Source: Candidatus Pacearchaeota archaeon
GTDB taxonomy: Archaea; Nanobdellota; Nanobdellia; Pacearchaeales; GW2011-AR1
NCBI GenBank assembly: GCA_050303855.1
Contig: JBNLCO010000010.1
Coordinates: forward strand, 222,207 to 232,513
Length of the DNA stretch: 10,307 bases
Direction of reading: 5' to 3'
Positions 6,418 to 10,307 of this stretch are shown here, piece after piece. The position numbers and the translations under genes were made by a program. Position 1 is the stretch's first letter; each line of letters opens with the position of its first letter. The notes beneath the pieces are model-generated. The model worked only from the letters and a program-made list of their open reading frames with translations. It searched no databases and was not told where the DNA came from.

Positions 6418-7249
6418 TTTGCATCAATCCATCTATAGGGGATTTTATTTTTTTTAATTGTTCCGTTGAAACGTGAGCGTAAATTTCTGTGGTCGCAAGG
6501 TTACTATGGCCAAGAAGAGTTTGTATAAATCTTATGTCTGTTCCATTTTCTAATAAATGTGTTGCAAAAGAGTGTCTTAAGGTATGGCAGTGAACATCTT
6601 TGTTTATTCCTGCTTTTTTTGCTGTATTTGAAACTATTTTTTGCATATTTCTAGGAGTAAGTTTTCCCTTTGGACCTGAGAAAATGTAAACTTGGTTGAA
6701 TTCTTTTTGATTTTTAGCACGATTTTTTAGATCTTCATATAAGAATTCGGGAATATTAAACATACGATCTTTCTTTCCTTTAGCTTGTTTTACATAACCT
6801 ATCTTATTATCAAAATCTAGATCATCTATTTTAAGACTAACCAGTTCTGAAACCCGAAACCCACAAGCATACATAAGAGACATCATTAACCTTGATTTCT
6901 TATTTGAAGCGACATCAAACATCCTTTTGACTTCTTCTTTTGTTAAAACTGCAGGGATTCTTTTTTCTCGTTTTGGTCTTTTAATACCTTGAGTTATATC
7001 TTTTTTTAGAATATTTGAATAAGCATATTTAATTGCGGATAAGAAAACAATCGTTGAACTTGAACTTGAATCAGATAATCTCTCAACTAAGAAAAGTTTT
7101 AGATCGTCTTCACTCATATCATCTGGTATTTTATTTGTAAATATGAATAATTCATTGTTTGCTCTTAGATAGTTTCTTAAAGTATAATTGGAATTTTTAG
7201 AGATCTTCAGTTCTATTTCAAGTTTTTTTAGAAATTCTTCTGGAGTCAT
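6410..7249 (-). CDS. xerA: tyrosine recombinase, XerA/XerC/XerD-like
   Basis: C-terminal catalytic motifs: GFRVSEL (Arg I), HTLRHSFATHLLENG (H-x-x-R box), LLGHSNLATTEIYAHV (catalytic Tyr). N-terminal core-binding-like region. 279 aa, the size of archaeal XerA. Confidence 0.88.
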   Translation of the reverse strand: MTPEEFLKKLEIELKISKNSNYTLRNYLRANNELFIFTNKIPDDMSEDDLKLFLVERLSDSSSSSTIVFLSAIKYAYSNILKKDITQGIKRPKREKRIPAVLTKEEVKRMFDVASNKKSRLMMSLMYACGFRVSELVSLKIDDLDFDNKIGYVKQAKGKKDRMFNIPEFLYEDLKNRAKNQKEFNQVYIFSGPKGKLTPRNMQKIVSNTAKKAGINKDVHCHTLRHSFATHLLENGTDIRFIQTLLGHSNLATTEIYAHVSTEQLKKIKSPIDGLMQNE

Positions 7250-7250
7250 A

Positions 7251-7916
7251 TTATTTCTTAGGGGCTTTTAGGAAAAGATTTTTCCAAACAGGCTGTTTAA
7301 ACAGCTGTTTATTATCTTTGAAAACTATTGTATTTATTCCTAATTTAGAAGCGGGTTTTGTATTCCAAACTTGATTATCAATAAATAATATATTTTTTGG
7401 TTTTACCCCTATTTTTTTTATTAAAAGTTTGAAGATCTCAGGATTTGGTTTTCTCATTCCAGCGTCGCAAGATACAATTATATCATCAAAATTCTTGTAA
7501 AGTTTTGGAGGCATTAGTGCTTTCTTAGATAAAACCCATTGATCTGATAAAACACTTACATTATATCCTAATTTTTTTAGTTTAGATGCCTGATTAAACA
7601 GCCATTCATTTTGTTTGAAATGTTTTTTGTAAGAATTTATGTATAAACTTCTTACTTTCTTTTCTGAAATTTTGAAGTTTTTTGAAAGTGTAGAAACAAC
7701 TCTTTCTGGAGAGATTTTACCTTCTATTGCAAGTGCATAAGTCGTATCTATAGCATCAAGATATTGATCCAATGAAATCTTAAGTTTTTTTGCAATATCT
7801 GTGTGTACTCCAGATGGAATTAATTTTCCAGATTCTAATTTAGAACTTTCGCCTAGAGCAAGAACTCCGCTTACATCAAAAACAATGGATTTTATGTTGA
7901 GATCACCTTTTTTCAT
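7251..7916 (-). CDS. HAD-superfamily hydrolase, subfamily IA-like
   Basis: Motif I-like VFDVSGVLA (Ser at the second-Asp position). DAGMRKPNPEIF (motif III Lys, KPxPxxF). FIDNQVWN (motif IV). A/T box TTTAAAAA at 7938-7945 lies about 25 nt upstream of the ATG at 7916. Confidence 0.72.
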   Translation of the reverse strand: MKKGDLNIKSIVFDVSGVLALGESSKLESGKLIPSGVHTDIAKKLKISLDQYLDAIDTTYALAIEGKISPERVVSTLSKNFKISEKKVRSLYINSYKKHFKQNEWLFNQASKLKKLGYNVSVLSDQWVLSKKALMPPKLYKNFDDIIVSCDAGMRKPNPEIFKLLIKKIGVKPKNILFIDNQVWNTKPASKLGINTIVFKDNKQLFKQPVWKNLFLKAPKK

Positions 7917-8003
7917 GATATGGTTATACGAACTATGTTTAAAAATTCTTCTAAGATATCTTTTTATAGTTAATTCGTGTGATTGTTTGAGGAGAGGTTA
8001 AGT

Positions 8004-9632
8004 ATGAATTCAGCAATAATAGTTATAGTTGCAATAATCTGGATGATTCTAGGATATAAGTTTTATGGAAGATTTATCGAGAGAAGGGTAAAGATAAATG
8101 ACAAAGACAAAACACCTGCAAAAACTAGCAAGAACAAGGTGGATTTCTCTCCCGCTAAAAAGAAATTTCTTTTAGGACATCATTTTGCGTCGATTGCTGG
8201 AGCTGGACCAATAATAGGTCCAATACTTGCGGTTAGTTATTTTGGTTGGTTACCTGTTGCTATTTGGGTTTTAGTTGGATCTGTTTTGATCGGAGCTATG
8301 CATGATTATATTTCTTTAATTGCCTCTGTAAGAAATAAGGCTAAGGGCGTTGCTTCAATAACAAAACAATATTTGAATAAAAGATCTGGATGGGTTTTTG
8401 GATTGATGATTTGGGTAACATTAATCTTAGTTATAACTGTTTTTACAGTTTCTTCTGCGGAAAGTATAATAGAAAAACCAGATTTGATAATTCCGATAAT
8501 AACAATAACCGTTCTTTCAGTTTTCTTAGGTGTAGGCGTTGAGAAATACAAATTAAACCCCAATATTTGGAGTGTAATTGTTGTCGTTTTAAGTTTTGCT
8601 TCAGTGTGGTTAGGACAAAAAGGTTTAATCTCTGCTAATATAATAAATCCAGAAATAACTAGAATATTTTGGATAAGTATAATTATGTTGTATGCTTTCA
8701 TTGCTTCAGTAGTTCCAGTTTGGGTTTTGTTGAGGCCAAGAGGGTATCTTAGTTCAATACAATTAGTTGTGATTTTGCTTTTAGGGTTTGTTGGAATATT
8801 AATAGTGGGCCCTCAAATAAATGCTCCAGCATATATTCCTAATGCACCATTTCCATTATGGCCAATATTATTTATTACGGTAGCATGTGGCGCTGTATCC
8901 GGATTCCATGGAATTGTTTCTTCTGGAACAACAAGCAAACAGCTATCCAAAGAAAGTGATGGAAGACCTATTGCGTATGGTGGAATGTTGATGGAAGGTT
9001 TGTTAGCAATACTTGTTACAACGATAGTTGTTGCAGGGTTAAAATGGGGTGCGGGAGTTCAAGGAGGTTTCCAATTAACCTTAGAAAAAGGGTGGATAGT
9101 TTTGTTTTCGGAAGGGTTTGGAAATATAGTTGGAAGCCTAGGAATACCTTTGATAACTATGACAATTGCAGGATTGCTTGGAGCGTTTATGGTTAATCAA
9201 TTTATTTTAACTTCAGTAGATACTTCATCAAGGTTGGGAAGGTTTGTATTTACAGAAACACTATTTCCCAAGGTAAAGAATAGATATTTGACAACATTTA
9301 TAGTGTTAATTCCTGCTTGGCTTCTTGCAATAACAAATTCTTATCAGAGTTTATGGAGATTATTTGGAACCTCAAATCAATTAATTGCATCTATAACTCT
9401 TATTGGTCTTTCTTCTTACTTTATATCTAAGAAAATAAAGACTAAATTCATAACAATACCAGCAGTATTTGTTTTAGTTACAACAATGTCTGCTTTGTTA
9501 TACTTAACATTTAGATCTGGAGGGTATTTCACTGAAGGGAAGATTGCTTTAGGAATAATTTCACTAATAATGTTTGGTTTAGGCGCGGTAGTAGCTTATG
9601 AAGGATTTAGAACTTTGATTAAGAAGAAGTGA
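8004..9632 (+). CDS. cstA: carbon starvation protein CstA-family peptide/pyruvate transporter
   Basis: HHFASIAGAGPIIGPILAVSYFGWLPVAIWVLVGSVLIGAMHDY is the CstA signature region. Polytopic membrane protein. The track begins the ORF at 7983 with a TTG codon. ATG at 8004 is preferred as the start because GGAGAGG (7991-7997) sits 6 nt upstream as an SD-like element. TTTTTATA at 7961-7968 is a possible TATA box. Confidence 0.88.
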   Translation: MNSAIIVIVAIIWMILGYKFYGRFIERRVKINDKDKTPAKTSKNKVDFSPAKKKFLLGHHFASIAGAGPIIGPILAVSYFGWLPVAIWVLVGSVLIGAMHDYISLIASVRNKAKGVASITKQYLNKRSGWVFGLMIWVTLILVITVFTVSSAESIIEKPDLIIPIITITVLSVFLGVGVEKYKLNPNIWSVIVVVLSFASVWLGQKGLISANIINPEITRIFWISIIMLYAFIASVVPVWVLLRPRGYLSSIQLVVILLLGFVGILIVGPQINAPAYIPNAPFPLWPILFITVACGAVSGFHGIVSSGTTSKQLSKESDGRPIAYGGMLMEGLLAILVTTIVVAGLKWGAGVQGGFQLTLEKGWIVLFSEGFGNIVGSLGIPLITMTIAGLLGAFMVNQFILTSVDTSSRLGRFVFTETLFPKVKNRYLTTFIVLIPAWLLAITNSYQSLWRLFGTSNQLIASITLIGLSSYFISKKIKTKFITIPAVFVLVTTMSALLYLTFRSGGYFTEGKIALGIISLIMFGLGAVVAYEGFRTLIKKK

Positions 9633-10301
9633 TTATCCTTTGTTGTAAATAGTTCTGACTTTTTCTTCAAACTCTTTCTGAACTGCTTTTGGAACATAAT
9701 CATTTGATAATTTCAGAATCTCTAAAATATTCTGATCAACCAATATCCCCTCTTCTAAATTTTTCTTTGCGGCTCCGCCGCTAGATCCGACGAACCGATC
9801 GCTCCAGTCGCCAAGATCGCCCCTAGCGAGGGCAATAGACCTGCTCCCAAGCCTGCTGAGGTACAAGGCACGTCCCTTTTCAAAGTTACTTTTAGAATCA
9901 AAATAAATCTCCATAGCTTTTTCTATCCCAAATCTTTTCTTCATTTCAGGGAAGAATTCATCTGCATAGTCAGAAAGTAATTTATTGCCTCTTGCTAGAA
10001 AATTCCATATTTCAGAATCTTTCACACTTTCAACTGTGTAAGTTTTATTGTGAAGATTTTTCACTTCACCTTTGGACAAATATAATACTTTACTCTTGTC
10101 ATTTAAGCTTTCAAAAGTTCCATTGTCTAAAACAACTGCTCCTTCATTTAATTTTGTTGAAGGGTTAATATTTCTGATGTAATCTGCATCCAAGACAATT
10201 TTAACATCTCCTCTTGTATTGTAAACTGTTCCGTCAGAAGTGTCAAAAAAATTATCTTTCCAATCTGAGAATTCTCTTCCATAACTCAATCTATTTTGCA
10301 T
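9633..10301 (-). CDS. hypothetical protein (at least 222 aa; 5' end may extend beyond the window)
   Basis: ORF in track. The reading frame stays open upstream of the ATG at 10301 to the window edge. No recognisable family. Contains an anomalous GC-rich segment (see findings). Convergent with cstA with a 0-nt spacer. Confidence 0.5.
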   Translation of the reverse strand: MQNRLSYGREFSDWKDNFFDTSDGTVYNTRGDVKIVLDADYIRNINPSTKLNEGAVVLDNGTFESLNDKSKVLYLSKGEVKNLHNKTYTVESVKDSEIWNFLARGNKLLSDYADEFFPEMKKRFGIEKAMEIYFDSKSNFEKGRALYLSRLGSRSIALARGDLGDWSDRFVGSSGGAAKKNLEEGILVDQNILEILKLSNDYVPKAVQKEFEEKVRTIYNKG

Positions 10302-10307
10302 AACATC

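Noticed and set aside
3287-7249. tRNA-Leu plus tyrosine integrase as boundaries of a tRNA-integrated mobile element
   Set aside because: Core genes rpl18e-rpl13-rps9 lie between them, and the recombinase has XerA size and motifs. No direct repeat of the tRNA 3' end was spotted by eye (this was not computationally excluded).
7801-8001. 66-aa plus-strand ORF spanning the HAD gene 5' end and the HAD/cstA divergent promoter region
   Set aside because: Overlaps the HAD gene and the intergenic promoter region. No motif support.
7983-8003. TTG start for cstA as given in the ORF track
   Set aside because: ATG at 8004 is preceded by GGAGAGG at optimal spacing. The 7 extra residues are not needed for the conserved CstA N-terminus.
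8306-8701. 131-aa minus-strand ORF inside cstA
   Set aside because: Antisense to a clearly conserved CstA transporter gene.
1-10307. CRISPR array / rRNA / IS element
   Set aside because: No regularly spaced direct repeats, no rRNA-like conserved stretches and no transposase-like ORF with terminal inverted repeats were seen on either strand.

Overview
This window is AT-rich (about 30% GC), tightly packed coding DNA that looks archaeal. The basis is an archaeal/eukaryotic-only L18e gene in an L18e-L13-S9 cluster, a tRNA-Leu with no encoded CCA, a XerA-sized tyrosine recombinase, and a recurring TTTATAAA box about 25 nt upstream of start codons (leaderless-type promoters). The packing (ATGA start/stop overlaps, convergent genes with 0-nt spacers) suggests a small-genome archaeon, possibly DPANN-like; that is an inference. 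Core or housekeeping content: tRNA-Leu(CAA), rpl18e-rpl13-rps9, a CstA-family transporter, XerA, a HAD hydrolase, a TM2-domain protein and a TPR protein. Candidate accessory content: (i) a three-gene minus-strand operon at 2440 to 171 with two unrecognisable small proteins followed by a 399-aa HerA/DUF87-like P-loop ATPase. This ATPase ORF is missing from the supplied ORF track and was found by hand translation. It is the best candidate here for an undescribed system (defence or DNA-processing module). (ii) A free-standing double-motif LAGLIDADG homing-endonuclease gene, I-DmoI-like in motif spacing, whose stop codon lies inside the 5' end of the tRNA-Leu gene. (iii) A XerA-like recombinase translationally coupled to a small protein with an N-terminal zinc ribbon and a large-serine-recombinase 'recombinase domain' (PFGYK motif) but no serine catalytic domain. 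(iv) A roughly 108-nt GC-rich, GC3-biased island with inverted repeats inside the otherwise AT-rich last gene. No CRISPR array, rRNA or obvious IS element is present. All family assignments are from motif recognition by eye; no database search was possible.
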